IMG/VR virus record: IMGVR_UViG_3300037418_002962 | Span: 154,650-218,649 of that record | DNA from: a virus | Lineage: Duplodnaviria; Heunggongvirae; Uroviricota; Caudoviricetes | DNA length: 64,000 bases | Direction: 5' to 3' (one strand) | Shown: positions 29,066 through 38,057 of the stretch, piece after piece | How positions within the stretch are numbered: the first letter of the stretch is position 1 | Layout of the letters: each line of letters opens with the position of its first letter | Position numbers and translations under genes: made by a program | The notes under the pieces: model-generated | Seen by the model: only the letters and a program-made list of their open reading frames with translations | What the model was told of the DNA's origin: nothing | The model's database searches: none

Positions 29066-29791
29066 CTACCCTTGGGACGAGCCATTTAGTACCTTCAATG
29101 CATCATTAGTTATTTGCTTTCTTAATGCTAATCCGTAAGTTCCGCCATTAATATGTCTAGTGATACTTTCAATATCACCATTATCTGCAAAAGCATTTAA
29201 AGAATACTTATACCAAAACCATCCAGCAACGTCAACTGCTCCCGAATAATTCTCCAAATAATTAATTACATCATTAACAGATTTATTGAGATATTTGCCA
29301 TAGGCTTCATAATTATCTTTAAAGGTTAACTGAATACAGCCTCTTCCTCTAAATTTCCATCCATCACCAGATGCTTCATCGCCATTTCCATAGCGATTTG
29401 CATATACACGATTAGCGATTTTTTGGGGTTGGTTGGCATAATTATATTCTTCACCAGGAAGAAAATGAGTAGGGAATGTACTTCTTAATCCTTTTGCTGA
29501 ATAGTTTAGATTTTCTTCCATTACTTGAAAAAACTCTGATTCTTCTCCTACTTGCCCAAGAAAATAAGAAATTCTTTTTGGAGTATTGATACCATATTTA
29601 ATAAAGGTATTATTTAAAGGTCCAATGAAATTATAAAGAATTCCTGATTTCGTATTTGGAAAAATTCTAGTAAGTTGGTCTAAAGAAATCAATGAAACCG
29701 AAGAAGTCTCTTTAATAATTGGGGTAGTACTTTGAACATTACTATCAGACATGAAAACACTTTTAAACCAGTTAATAATATTATCAAACAT
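29066..29791 (-). CDS. glycoside hydrolase family 19 endolysin
   Basis: FLGQVGEES, ENLNYS, ANRVYANRYGNG, FRGRGCIQLT.K.NY, ITRHINGG. Confidence 0.9.
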   Translation of the reverse strand: MFDNIINWFKSVFMSDSNVQSTTPIIKETSSVSLISLDQLTRIFPNTKSGILYNFIGPLNNTFIKYGINTPKRISYFLGQVGEESEFFQVMEENLNYSAKGLRSTFPTHFLPGEEYNYANQPQKIANRVYANRYGNGDEASGDGWKFRGRGCIQLTFKDNYEAYGKYLNKSVNDVINYLENYSGAVDVAGWFWYKYSLNAFADNGDIESITRHINGGTYGLALRKQITNDALKVLNGSSQG

Positions 29792-30032
29792 CAGTTACCA
29801 GTTCAGAAGAATTCTTTTTCTTTGGATTCCCCCAGATAGAATTAGTTCTTACTCTGATGAACTTTTTATTTCTTTCCATTGTATTTGGATTTGCAATAGT
29901 AATCCAAGGATTCTTGCCCTTCTTCCAGGCATCAAAGATAAACATATGTCTATCTGCATCTGAGCGTTCCCTACGAATCATCTTTGTAACTTTCCACGAA
30001 ACGCTATCTCTTTCGCCTTTTGAAACTTTCAT
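29784..30032 (-). CDS. conserved T4-like small basic protein
   Basis: SKGER...AWKKGKNP.ITIANPN..E.NK.FIRV...WG.P. Confidence 0.65.
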   Translation of the reverse strand: MKVSKGERDSVSWKVTKMIRRERSDADRHMFIFDAWKKGKNPWITIANPNTMERNKKFIRVRTNSIWGNPKKKNSSELVTDV

Positions 30033-30054
30033 AATTAAATCAATCCTTTCATAT

Positions 30055-30062
30055 TATAAATA
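30055..30062 (+). promoter_or_regulatory. T4-type late promoter
   Basis: TATAAATA upstream of RNA leader copy 2. Confidence 0.7.
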
Positions 30063-30066
30063 AAAC

Positions 30067-30134
30067 AGGAAGTAATTGAGAAGTCGGAAGCTATCTCAAA
30101 ACACTCACGAGGAAACTTGTGTTGCTGTCCTTCC
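30067..30134 (+). ncRNA. candidate structured RNA leader, copy 2
   Basis: AGGAAG-TAA-[TTGAGA..TCTCAA]-AACA-[CACGAG GAAA CTTGTG]-TGCTGT-CCTTCC. Confidence 0.65.
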
Positions 30135-30167
30135 ATAAAATATATTTATGAGAGGAAATATAACCAT

Positions 30168-30854
30168 ATGAATACTTATTTGTCAATATCTAAAAATCCA
30201 GAAATATTATATAACTTTAAAGCAATGGAATATATTAATTTAACATGTAATAATTGCTTTAAGTTCTATTCGAAAACCAAACATGATATAATAAAAGCTC
30301 TTAAAAATAATTCTAAATATAATTATTGTTCTAAATTTTGTTTCCGAACTTCAAATAATAGAATTAAGAAGAAGCTAAGTGTTGTTTGTGAAAATTGTGG
30401 TATAAAATTTCAAAAAACAAATACTAATATATTAAGAACAAAAAAACATTTTCATAATAAAAAATGTTGGAGCGAATATTTTAATAAAATAAATGGTAAA
30501 AATAAATCTAGATCTAAATTAGAATTCTGGATAGAAAAACAATTAAATGATTTATATCCAGAGTTAATTATAGAATATAACTCACGAAAAATTATAAAAG
30601 GTGAATTGGATATTTTTATACCTTCTCTCAATTTAGCTTTTGAATTAAACTGTCCAACTCATTATAAATTAATTTATAAAGGTCAAAATCTTAAAAGAAC
30701 TCAGGATAAAGATAAACTAAAAATAATAGAATGTGAAAATAAAAATATTACCTTGTTTCCTATAGATATTTCTGTTCCAGATCATTTTGATCCAAATAAA
30801 TCAAAGAAATTTTTAGATTTTATAACAGAAAAAATTACCAGTACTCCCTTATAA
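30168..30854 (+). CDS. Cys-repeat + Vsr-like endonuclease, copy 2
   Basis: Start MNTY at 30168 by alignment with paralogs; ELDIFIPSLNLAFELNCPTHY (C in place of the conserved G). Confidence 0.7.
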   Translation: MNTYLSISKNPEILYNFKAMEYINLTCNNCFKFYSKTKHDIIKALKNNSKYNYCSKFCFRTSNNRIKKKLSVVCENCGIKFQKTNTNILRTKKHFHNKKCWSEYFNKINGKNKSRSKLEFWIEKQLNDLYPELIIEYNSRKIIKGELDIFIPSLNLAFELNCPTHYKLIYKGQNLKRTQDKDKLKIIECENKNITLFPIDISVPDHFDPNKSKKFLDFITEKITSTPL

Positions 30855-30964
30855 AATCATAAAATTCAAATATAGATTCAACAACTGCCCAATATATTTT
30901 CATTCCTAAAACAAGAATGAAAATTGGAAGTCCAGAGAGAATTATAAATCCTCTCCTTAATCCG

Positions 30965-31213
30965 TTATGCTCCACTGGCAACCTTGGCCTTAACTCGTGG
31001 CTGTCTTGGAGCAAAATGCTCTGCAGCCTCCAGGAAACCCATCTTTTTCATTTCCATATGATTGAACCTCACATTCAGAGGAACAATCCTTCCAAAGACA
31101 GCCATGGACCGTTCGTTCCATTCTGTCATATCCAGGGGAGTATCCTTCTTTCCAAGGTTCATTGGGAAATAATAAGTGGTCTCTTCTGCCTTATTCATAA
31201 TAAAATACCTCAT
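30965..31213 (-). CDS. hypothetical protein
   Basis: 82-aa ORF with GAGG RBS. Confidence 0.5.
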   Translation of the reverse strand: MRYFIMNKAEETTYYFPMNLGKKDTPLDMTEWNERSMAVFGRIVPLNVRFNHMEMKKMGFLEAAEHFAPRQPRVKAKVASGA

Positions 31214-31233
31214 TGTTAGGTGTTATAATATAG

Positions 31234-31842
31234 TTATGCAACATTACGAAGATCAGCAAGACTGATAATCTGTGCATGAACTTTTGGTTTTAGATTATCC
31301 TCTATGGCCTGATCTAGGAAATACTTCTGTCTAGAAGTTTCCTGGATCTCAAGAACCCTATCAATCAGTTCAAGAACATTAGGTTCTGGAACGATAATTT
31401 TCTGAGTTTTGAATAGAGGTTCAGCAAAGTGAGCAAAATCTTCAATCGATTTTGGTCCTGCTGCAAGATCATTAAACCTCATTTTCGGTTCTGCGTCAAT
31501 AGGTTTAAATGAAATTCTTTCGTTAAAATTAAATAATGAATAACAGTAAAGCTGGCTGGCTAGCTGTGCTCTTAGCACAGGAAATCTATGAATGTCATTA
31601 AGACCAGTCATAAATTTCATATACTCAAATGAAATGCAATCAGTCATTCCATATATTTTCAAATCTGGATGCTTTATAGCTATTTGCATCCTTCCTTGAT
31701 GGAGATCTTGCGATGCGGAAAGACACCATCCTTCTCTTTGCAGAGTGTAAGTGTCCGTTTCCCAACCTGCCCAATATAGCTTTAGTGGTCTTGATAAGAG
31801 AGGATCTACCGTATAATTTGGAGAATAGCTATCAAATGCCAC
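31234..31842 (-). CDS. hypothetical protein
   Basis: 202-aa ORF, GTG start. Confidence 0.6.
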   Translation of the reverse strand: MAFDSYSPNYTVDPLLSRPLKLYWAGWETDTYTLQREGWCLSASQDLHQGRMQIAIKHPDLKIYGMTDCISFEYMKFMTGLNDIHRFPVLRAQLASQLYCYSLFNFNERISFKPIDAEPKMRFNDLAAGPKSIEDFAHFAEPLFKTQKIIVPEPNVLELIDRVLEIQETSRQKYFLDQAIEDNLKPKVHAQIISLADLRNVA

Positions 31843-31844
31843 GA

Positions 31845-32024
31845 TTATACAGTATGACCAATATCTCTTAGAAGAGCATCATACTCTAACTTGGCATTGT
31901 CCAACATACGCTCAATCTTAGCAATCTCACGTAATTTGGCGATGATTTGCTTCTTAGCAGAATCTGCCTGTTCTGCAGCAATTTCCTGACGAGCCTGCTT
32001 CTCTACTTCTTTAACATCAAACAT
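31845..32024 (-). CDS. small coiled-coil protein
   Basis: Not in track; MFDVKEVEKQARQEIAAEQ...DIGHTV (59 aa) with AGGAG RBS. Confidence 0.6.
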   Translation of the reverse strand: MFDVKEVEKQARQEIAAEQADSAKKQIIAKLREIAKIERMLDNAKLEYDALLRDIGHTV

Positions 32025-32028
32025 TATG

Positions 32029-32196
32029 TTATCTCCTTGTAATTGTTATCTTGAATGGAAAAATCTTGTGCCAGAAAGGCTTTGCAATACGCAAGACTGC
32101 TTTATGAGTCTCTACAGCTTCCCTAAATCGTTCAAGTTGCAATTCCTTGATGGCTTGCTGTTGAACTTCTTCTAAATCAAAAACGGTTTCATCCAT
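32029..32196 (-). CDS. small protein, paralog-like to the downstream ORF
   Basis: Not in track; MDETVFDLEEVQQQAIKELQ...KITITRR (55 aa). Confidence 0.55.
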   Translation of the reverse strand: MDETVFDLEEVQQQAIKELQLERFREAVETHKAVLRIAKPFWHKIFPFKITITRR

Positions 32197-32220
32197 TGTT
32201 CTTATCTTTCTCTAAATCCA

Positions 32221-32370
32221 GGGGAGGAATGGGGAAGGTCACTTGTCTAGGAAGTTAAACCTTCATCCCGTGCGAAACGCTTGTTACCTCTGAACGCCTC
32301 AGAACCTAATTACTTAGGTAAGCAGCCATTCTAAATTCGCGGAAATGGCTAAGGATGTTTGTATCCTACT
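32221..32370 (-). ncRNA. candidate structured leader or ncRNA
   Basis: Run of adjacent hairpins (AGCCATT/AATGGCT; ACCTAA-GTAA-TTAGGT on minus; TCTGA/TCAGA; GAAGGT/ACCTTC) downstream of a minus-strand TTGACT; strand uncertain. Confidence 0.35.
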
Positions 32371-32402
32371 TAGAATAAAAAGTCAAGAGATTTTAAGATA
32401 AA

Positions 32403-32446
32403 AAGATAGCTCCTGAACCTTTTTTATTAGATTCAGGAGCTATCTT
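32403..32446. terminator. 15-bp inverted repeat, probable terminator
   Basis: AAGATAGCTCCTGAA-14nt-TTCAGGAGCTATCTT. Confidence 0.6.
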
Positions 32447-32465
32447 CTCTAAGAAGGATGTCCTT

Positions 32466-32903
32466 TTAGAACATCCCTGGAGGTAGCTTTATAACCAGCC
32501 TTCCGAACCGATCCACACGAGCGGCGATCTGGAGCCGCTTGTCATTCACGGCAGGAGCCACCACCTTGGCCTTGTTCTTGCTGCCCACGGGCCTTCCACG
32601 TCGCCGGGGGGCATCGACCGGAGGAACAACAGCCTGCCCACGACCACGCTTCGCAGCAACCTGTGTCTTCATCTCATCCACCTTGGGCTTGTTCTTGCTG
32701 CCTAGTGGACGGCCCCTCTTCTTAGGCTCTGGAGCAGCGGGGACAGGCTCTGCCCGAGTCCGCTTTCCAGCCACCATCGCCCGCTTCCGAGCCACTGCAT
32801 CATTTGCAGGAGCCTTTGGGGTATCGATGATAAGATCACCCTTATGCCAAGTGAACTTATCGGTATTGATGATATCACGCTTTGCCATTTTTTCATACTC
32901 CAT
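32466..32903 (-). CDS. AT-hook-containing basic DNA-binding protein
   Basis: KKRGRPLGSKNKPK, RRRGRPVGSKNKAK and KRGRG; locally GC-rich. Confidence 0.7.
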   Translation of the reverse strand: MEYEKMAKRDIINTDKFTWHKGDLIIDTPKAPANDAVARKRAMVAGKRTRAEPVPAAPEPKKRGRPLGSKNKPKVDEMKTQVAAKRGRGQAVVPPVDAPRRRGRPVGSKNKAKVVAPAVNDKRLQIAARVDRFGRLVIKLPPGMF

Positions 32904-32966
32904 GTTAAGTTTAAAATTTAAAAAGTTCGTAGAATATTGTACTCTCGCTCACACTTAAAAATTTTC

Positions 32967-33155
32967 CTAAAACATTTCGTCATGCTCCTTATCTATAAGG
33001 TTTGTGGCTTCCTGATAATCGTGTAGCATATTAACAGAATCAGGAAAAACTTGGTTAAGCCATTCAAGGCTAATCAGTAAGTTGTTTTCCATTCTGCATT
33101 CTGCAGCAAGCTTATCAGACTTAGTATAAACCACTTTTTCAAACCTTTGTTCCAC
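32967..33155 (-). CDS. hypothetical protein
   Basis: 62-aa ORF. Confidence 0.4.
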   Translation of the reverse strand: MEQRFEKVVYTKSDKLAAECRMENNLLISLEWLNQVFPDSVNMLHDYQEATNLIDKEHDEMF

Positions 33156-33311
33156 AAAATCTTGGCTCGTTTCAGGGACTTCCTTTCGCTCACCAACTTT
33201 CTATAGCGTTTATATAGTGGAATAGATAAGACTTGTCAATACCTTAAAAGGCATGGGTCTGGGACCGCGATCCAATGATAGCAGCCTGCATAAATCTTTG
33301 ATTTTGTTATG

Positions 33312-33632
33312 TTATTTTATAAGATCGGACCAACTCCAGGCAAAATCGCCTGAAGAAACTTTCGCGACCTTTAACTTTTTTTCAGAAACTTTTTGAGTTT
33401 TCTTCTTAATTGGCTTGGCAATTGGAGGTACGGAAGCCTTAACAGGCTTCTCTTTGATATGACCCTGAGTTTCATTTTCCAAACAATCAGTAGGTCCTTC
33501 ATTCTCGATATCCAGAGAGTTTTTATCCCATGTGAACTTTTTCGTAAGTTCCGGTTCTTTTTTTGAAGAGGTGGTTTCTTGTACGATAGGCTTTACCATA
33601 CAATGTAGCCTAGTGATTGTCGGTATTTTCAT
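33312..33632 (-). CDS. hypothetical Lys-rich protein
   Basis: 106-aa ORF. Confidence 0.5.
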   Translation of the reverse strand: MKIPTITRLHCMVKPIVQETTSSKKEPELTKKFTWDKNSLDIENEGPTDCLENETQGHIKEKPVKASVPPIAKPIKKKTQKVSEKKLKVAKVSSGDFAWSWSDLIK

Positions 33633-33830
33633 CTTTCATCCTGTTAGGTCTTAGGTGATTCGCTTTATGTAGCCGATTGTACTACCCCAAAATGGGTAGG
33701 TCAATATGAAATGTCATATAAATTTCATTATTTTTGTGATTTCAACGTTTGCTGAAATCTATTGATTTAATGAAATTTTGGGGATGGCTGATCTGCCGAG
33801 ATTTGAAAGCTAAGATTCATAAATACTGGT

Positions 33831-34571
33831 ATGCATACGTACCAGGAAATTTTACAAACAAAAACAATCTTAGAATCTTACAAATCAAGAGAATCAGTAC
33901 CTTTGGTTTGTAACCACTGTCATTCTGTTTATTACAAACCAAAAAACAGGATTATGGATGCCCTGAGGCATAACCTCACAAAAAATTTTTGTACAAAACA
34001 ATGTTCCAGTAAATTTAAAATTGTAGGTAAATATATGGAATGTTTGAACTGTCAAAAAGAAATCTTCAAATGTGACTATGAAACAAAGAAAACAAAAAGA
34101 AGTTTTTGCTCAAAATCCTGTGCAGGAACGTATAATAACAAACACAAAACTCATGGAACTAGAAGATCAAAATTAGAAAAATGGCTAGAGACAGAACTAA
34201 AAAGGTTATATCCAAACCTTGAAATCCATTTCAATCGTAAAGATGCGATAGACTCTGAACTAGACATTTATATTCCTTCTCTTAAGTTAGCATTTGAACT
34301 TAATGGCATCTTTCATTACGAACCGATTTATGGTAAAGAAAAATTAGAGAAAATTAGAAATAACGATAACAATAAATTTATGCTGTGCCAACTTAAAAAT
34401 ATTTCTTTATGTATTATAGATACATCAGGACAAAAATATTTCAAAGAGACAACCTCTCAAAAATATCTTGATATAATAAAAAATATAATAAAAATCAGGC
34501 ACTTAGCGGGTCATAGAGGACTCGAACCTCTGACCTATCGCTTAGAAGGCGATTGCTCTAAATCCTACTGA
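33831..34571 (+). CDS. Cys-repeat + Vsr-like endonuclease, copy 4 (no leader; C-terminus runs antisense through tRNA-Arg)
   Basis: MHTYQE..YKSRESVPLVCNHC; RSKLEKWLE; ELDIYIPSLKLAFELNGIFHY. Confidence 0.75.
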   Translation: MHTYQEILQTKTILESYKSRESVPLVCNHCHSVYYKPKNRIMDALRHNLTKNFCTKQCSSKFKIVGKYMECLNCQKEIFKCDYETKKTKRSFCSKSCAGTYNNKHKTHGTRRSKLEKWLETELKRLYPNLEIHFNRKDAIDSELDIYIPSLKLAFELNGIFHYEPIYGKEKLEKIRNNDNNKFMLCQLKNISLCIIDTSGQKYFKETTSQKYLDIIKNIIKIRHLAGHRGLEPLTYRLEGDCSKSY

Positions 34572-34582
34572 GCTAATGACCC
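34507..34582 (-). tRNA. tRNA-Arg(UCU), no encoded CCA
   Basis: GGGTCAT/ATGACCC acceptor, ATCGC-CTTCTAA-GCGAT anticodon arm, GGTTCGAGTCC T arm; followed by CTA. Confidence 0.9.
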
Positions 34583-34601
34583 GCTAAGTGCCCGAATCGC
34601 T

Positions 34602-35045
34602 TTACCAACTTTCGAAATCTATATTAGCATCTCGGAGAGATTTGTAAAGCATATAATGGTCAAATTTCAAGTACTTTTCCAAAAGCTTTGCATAAGTTGC
34701 AACAAACTTTGGTCCATGACCATGCCTTACATAATTTTCCTTGCCTTCGTATTGAGTATCAATAAGAGCATGAGCAATTTCATGCGTCAATACCCAATGA
34801 GAAAGATAATTATGACCACAAATGATATTTAATCGTTCTCCAGTTCCAGCCACGGTAATTCTATCCTTAATAGATAGCCTTGGTGGAGCAGTTCTGCCTT
34901 CATTAAACCAAATGAAGTCAATCCATGCCTGTGCTTCCTCAAATGATAATTCACCATATTTAGAAACATTCCAGGATGCAAACAACTGGTCTTCCCAATT
35001 GTAAACCTTAGACTTCTGATAATCCCTGTTAGGATCTTTGACCAT
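34602..35045 (-). CDS. SprT-like zinc metalloprotease-fold protein
   Basis: THEIAHA...HGHGPKF. Confidence 0.7.
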   Translation of the reverse strand: MVKDPNRDYQKSKVYNWEDQLFASWNVSKYGELSFEEAQAWIDFIWFNEGRTAPPRLSIKDRITVAGTGERLNIICGHNYLSHWVLTHEIAHALIDTQYEGKENYVRHGHGPKFVATYAKLLEKYLKFDHYMLYKSLRDANIDFESW

Positions 35046-35762
35046 TTAGGTAAGCCTTTTAATTACCTTGCCACCACCAACACCATGATTCAAAGATACA
35101 TTATTTGCTGCAGAAAATCCAGCAGAATTTGCATGAGAATTACGAATTTTACGAACAGTCCGTTGTGGTGTCCTGAGACGTAGGTTAAGAGCCTTATAAG
35201 CTTCCTCAACAACAGCATCCTTAACCAGAACCAACTGTCTACCAGTACGCTCAATTTCGGTATTCCTTGAAGCCTTCATTTCCTGAAGCTTCTGATTCAT
35301 ACGCTTCATAAAACCAACTGAGAATGAAGCACGAATGCCCTTCTTAATGCCATAGGCTTGCTTATCAGAAAGGTTCATTTCCAGAAGATACTTCTGGTAT
35401 TCACGTTCCAAAGAACCCTTAATGATTTCAAACAGATACTCGAAAAGTTCTGTATCCTGAGGAAGGCCAAAAACGGAATATTGTCCCTTTCCAAGATTGA
35501 ACCAAATCTTCACGTCACAATAACGTGCTAGAGTTGTGCAGATATTGTCCATAGGACCACGAGATTTTTTTCCATCCTGAACGACCCGAACAACACACTG
35601 AGTATTTTTGATCTGAACATCAGTGATTGAAAGATTGTACTGGTCCATAAGCTTTCCAGCCAATTTCATGGCCTCAACAGCTTCTGCTTCAGTACAACCA
35701 TTATCTGTAGTACGATTCAGGAGATGGAAAACTCGGACCTTAATTTTATCAATCTCAGCCAT
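35046..35762 (-). CDS. DUF2786-domain protein
   Basis: KVRVFHLL......GCTEAEA..AMKLAGKLM..YNL; SF..GF..R. Confidence 0.7.
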   Translation of the reverse strand: MAEIDKIKVRVFHLLNRTTDNGCTEAEAVEAMKLAGKLMDQYNLSITDVQIKNTQCVVRVVQDGKKSRGPMDNICTTLARYCDVKIWFNLGKGQYSVFGLPQDTELFEYLFEIIKGSLEREYQKYLLEMNLSDKQAYGIKKGIRASFSVGFMKRMNQKLQEMKASRNTEIERTGRQLVLVKDAVVEEAYKALNLRLRTPQRTVRKIRNSHANSAGFSAANNVSLNHGVGGGKVIKRLT

Positions 35763-35764
35763 TT

Positions 35765-35986
35765 TTAGATTTCCTTAGGAAAAGCGATTTTAAAATCGGT
35801 AGTGATGCGTTTCTCTGTTCCGATGAAGTGATTATATCTAAACAAATCATAAATTACAAGTGCTCCAGTAACTTCTTTTACCTTGGCAATTTCATCAGAA
35901 CGATATCTACTCTGATATTCGGCCCCAATGATAATACCTTGAACATGAAGTTTATGCATTTGGATTCTCCTTAAACCAATTCTCAA
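35765..35986 (-). CDS. hypothetical protein
   Basis: 73-aa ORF (likely starts at MHKL). Confidence 0.45.
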   Translation of the reverse strand: MRIGLRRIQMHKLHVQGIIIGAEYQSRYRSDEIAKVKEVTGALVIYDLFRYNHFIGTEKRITTDFKIAFPKEI

Positions 35987-36203
35987 ACTGTTCTGGAATA
36001 TAATCTATAGGAAGTCCGTTCTGTTCCACCTTTTCTAGATCAACTGCAAAAGCAGGATATCCCATCTTTCGCACGCTCTCACAACATGCAAGAGCTTCAT
36101 CGATATTGATAAACCCAACAGAACGATTCCATCGAAAATTAACTGTTCCACCAGTGCGAAAAATCACAATAAAAATTGTAGGTTTAGTCATAATTCCCTC
36201 CAA
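35952..36203 (-). CDS. hypothetical protein
   Basis: FRTGGTVNFRWN pattern. Confidence 0.55.
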   Translation of the reverse strand: MEGIMTKPTIFIVIFRTGGTVNFRWNRSVGFINIDEALACCESVRKMGYPAFAVDLEKVEQNGLPIDYIPEQFENWFKENPNA

Positions 36204-36310
36204 ATTTGTGTGATCATTCTAGCTACCTAGAAAGAACATGTCAATATGTATGTAAAATTTTAGCTATCTATTGACATATGAATCTGATCCTCTAAATTGA
36301 CAAGATCAAT

Positions 36311-36688
36311 ATGGAGAACCTTAACATGGCAGAATACCGCTTTCGAGATAAGTTACCGATTATTGATGTGGTTCGAACAGGAGTTCATAAGGACGGACGA
36401 TCACCACAAGCAATCGCTAAGGCTACCCATGGTCAGATAACCGAAGGCACAATTCGGAAATGGCTCTATGGCGAAACTCTAAGACCTCAATACCATAAGG
36501 TTCAAGCTGTCTTGCGGGCTGTAGGTATAGAGATCAAAGAATACTGGATTGAAACTGGAGAAATTGTCAAACCAAACAAGGCATTAGAAGAGTTTTATGT
36601 TCAGCAACATAAAAGGAACCTAGCACAACGTAGGGGGCTAAAAGTTGTGAACGAATCCCCAAAGCGTAAGAAACAAAGGAGAGCTTAA
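36311..36688 (+). CDS. helix-turn-helix (XRE-like) DNA-binding protein
   Basis: SPQAIAKATHGQITEGTIRKWLYGETLRPQ; divergent sigma70-like promoters at 36240-36300. Confidence 0.7.
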   Translation: MENLNMAEYRFRDKLPIIDVVRTGVHKDGRSPQAIAKATHGQITEGTIRKWLYGETLRPQYHKVQAVLRAVGIEIKEYWIETGEIVKPNKALEEFYVQQHKRNLAQRRGLKVVNESPKRKKQRRA

Positions 36689-36690
36689 AA

Positions 36691-37326
36691 ATGCGTGGTT
36701 CTTTGCAATATGACCCTAAAAAAGCAAAACATCAATCCAGTTTGTTCCTTGAGAAGGGTGAATTGGATGACGTTATCTATATACGTATCAGTGGCACTCT
36801 TAGAGATGGCATGACACTTAAACCAACCACCCCAGACCATCGCGAAGATGCTGATGTTAGGAAGGTAACGGTTGCCGATTGGGGGCGAGTTTTACGAGTT
36901 CCAGTTCGTAGTATCGGTGAACAACCTCCAGGTCGTACCATTGGGGCTGAATCCATTCCATGCACGAAAGAAGAAGATGGTACCGTAATCGTTCAACCCC
37001 ATAAATTTGTGAATATACATCCTCCAGAAAAACTGAGGCGTGGTACCCGCAAACCAGAACGCGAACACCAAGGAATTGCCAAAGTGACAGCCTTTCGGAC
37101 TCCTGATGGAGAGCTTCATGATACTCATGAGAAAGCAATCGATCATCTTGCCCATATCGAAAGGTTAAAAGTTTTCGATAGCTTCATTGGTATAACTATA
37201 CGTAAATTCACAGTTGATGACAAATATAATAATAATTGCATTATGGTTCTTGCAGATGGGCGAGTTCTATCATTCCTAACCACTGAGCATGGGTTATCCA
37301 TAGCTGTCAATGGAGAAGAACTATAA
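36691..37326 (+). CDS. hypothetical protein
   Basis: 211-aa ORF directly after the HTH gene. Confidence 0.55.
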   Translation: MRGSLQYDPKKAKHQSSLFLEKGELDDVIYIRISGTLRDGMTLKPTTPDHREDADVRKVTVADWGRVLRVPVRSIGEQPPGRTIGAESIPCTKEEDGTVIVQPHKFVNIHPPEKLRRGTRKPEREHQGIAKVTAFRTPDGELHDTHEKAIDHLAHIERLKVFDSFIGITIRKFTVDDKYNNNCIMVLADGRVLSFLTTEHGLSIAVNGEEL

Positions 37327-37339
37327 ACTTATCCAGTCA

Positions 37340-37367
37340 TTGACATATAAATTTAGTGGTGTAAAAT
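37340..37367 (+). promoter_or_regulatory. sigma70-type early promoter
   Basis: TTGACA-16nt-TAAAAT. Confidence 0.6.
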
Positions 37368-37444
37368 TGCCTATATCGAAATTGCCCACAATGCAAAAAG
37401 GATTTTAAAATTGGTGGCGAAAAATTTTGTAAAGGAATTTAGAA

Positions 37445-37648
37445 ATGCTGACATTTGAACAGATTATCGATAGGGCCAATCAAAGTTCTTCCAACGCACG
37501 TTATCATATCTTTGGTGAATATGGAGATGGCAGCAGAGGCTACTTTACTTCCCGTGCCAGCCTAGAACATGCAAAGTCCTTTTCACATAAAATCTCTGGA
37601 GGTATCGTTTATGATACAGACGGAAACGAGGTTTATTGTGCCTTTTAA
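37445..37648 (+). CDS. small hypothetical protein, tandem paralog A
   Basis: Ends GGIVYDTDGNEVY. Confidence 0.55.
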   Translation: MLTFEQIIDRANQSSSNARYHIFGEYGDGSRGYFTSRASLEHAKSFSHKISGGIVYDTDGNEVYCAF

Positions 37649-37826
37649 AGATGCAATTAAAACTGCCAATGAACTTCTACCAAAGGCAAATTTTCATGTC
37701 TTTTCCAATTTTAAGGAAATTACATATTTTTGTTCTCGTAAGACATTAGAGGTAGCAAAAGCTGATGCTAATGATCGTAACGGTATCGTTTATGACCGTG
37801 AAGGAAATGAAATTTATAAGGTGTGA
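37638..37826 (+). CDS. small hypothetical protein, tandem paralog B
   Basis: Probable GTG start; ends NGIVYDREGNEIY. Confidence 0.55.
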   Translation: MPFKDAIKTANELLPKANFHVFSNFKEITYFCSRKTLEVAKADANDRNGIVYDREGNEIYKV

Positions 37827-38047
37827 AAATTATGGAAATGGTTATATATATTGTAACTTATAATACAGATTATGATGATCAAATCGATGAAGTTTTCTCC
37901 AATATGGAAACTGCAAAGGCTTATGCTGAATCTAGACAAAAGCTTCCCAAAAATTTTAAATGGGAGGATTTTAAGAATGGCTCCTTTCTTGACTTAGATT
38001 GGATTTCCTATACAATTCTGAAGAAGACTGTTAAAACATCTTTGTGA
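37823..38047 (+). CDS. hypothetical protein
   Basis: IYIVTY...IDEVFS..E.AK.Y pattern. Confidence 0.55.
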   Translation: MKIMEMVIYIVTYNTDYDDQIDEVFSNMETAKAYAESRQKLPKNFKWEDFKNGSFLDLDWISYTILKKTVKTSL

Positions 38048-38057
38048 GCGAAACAAA

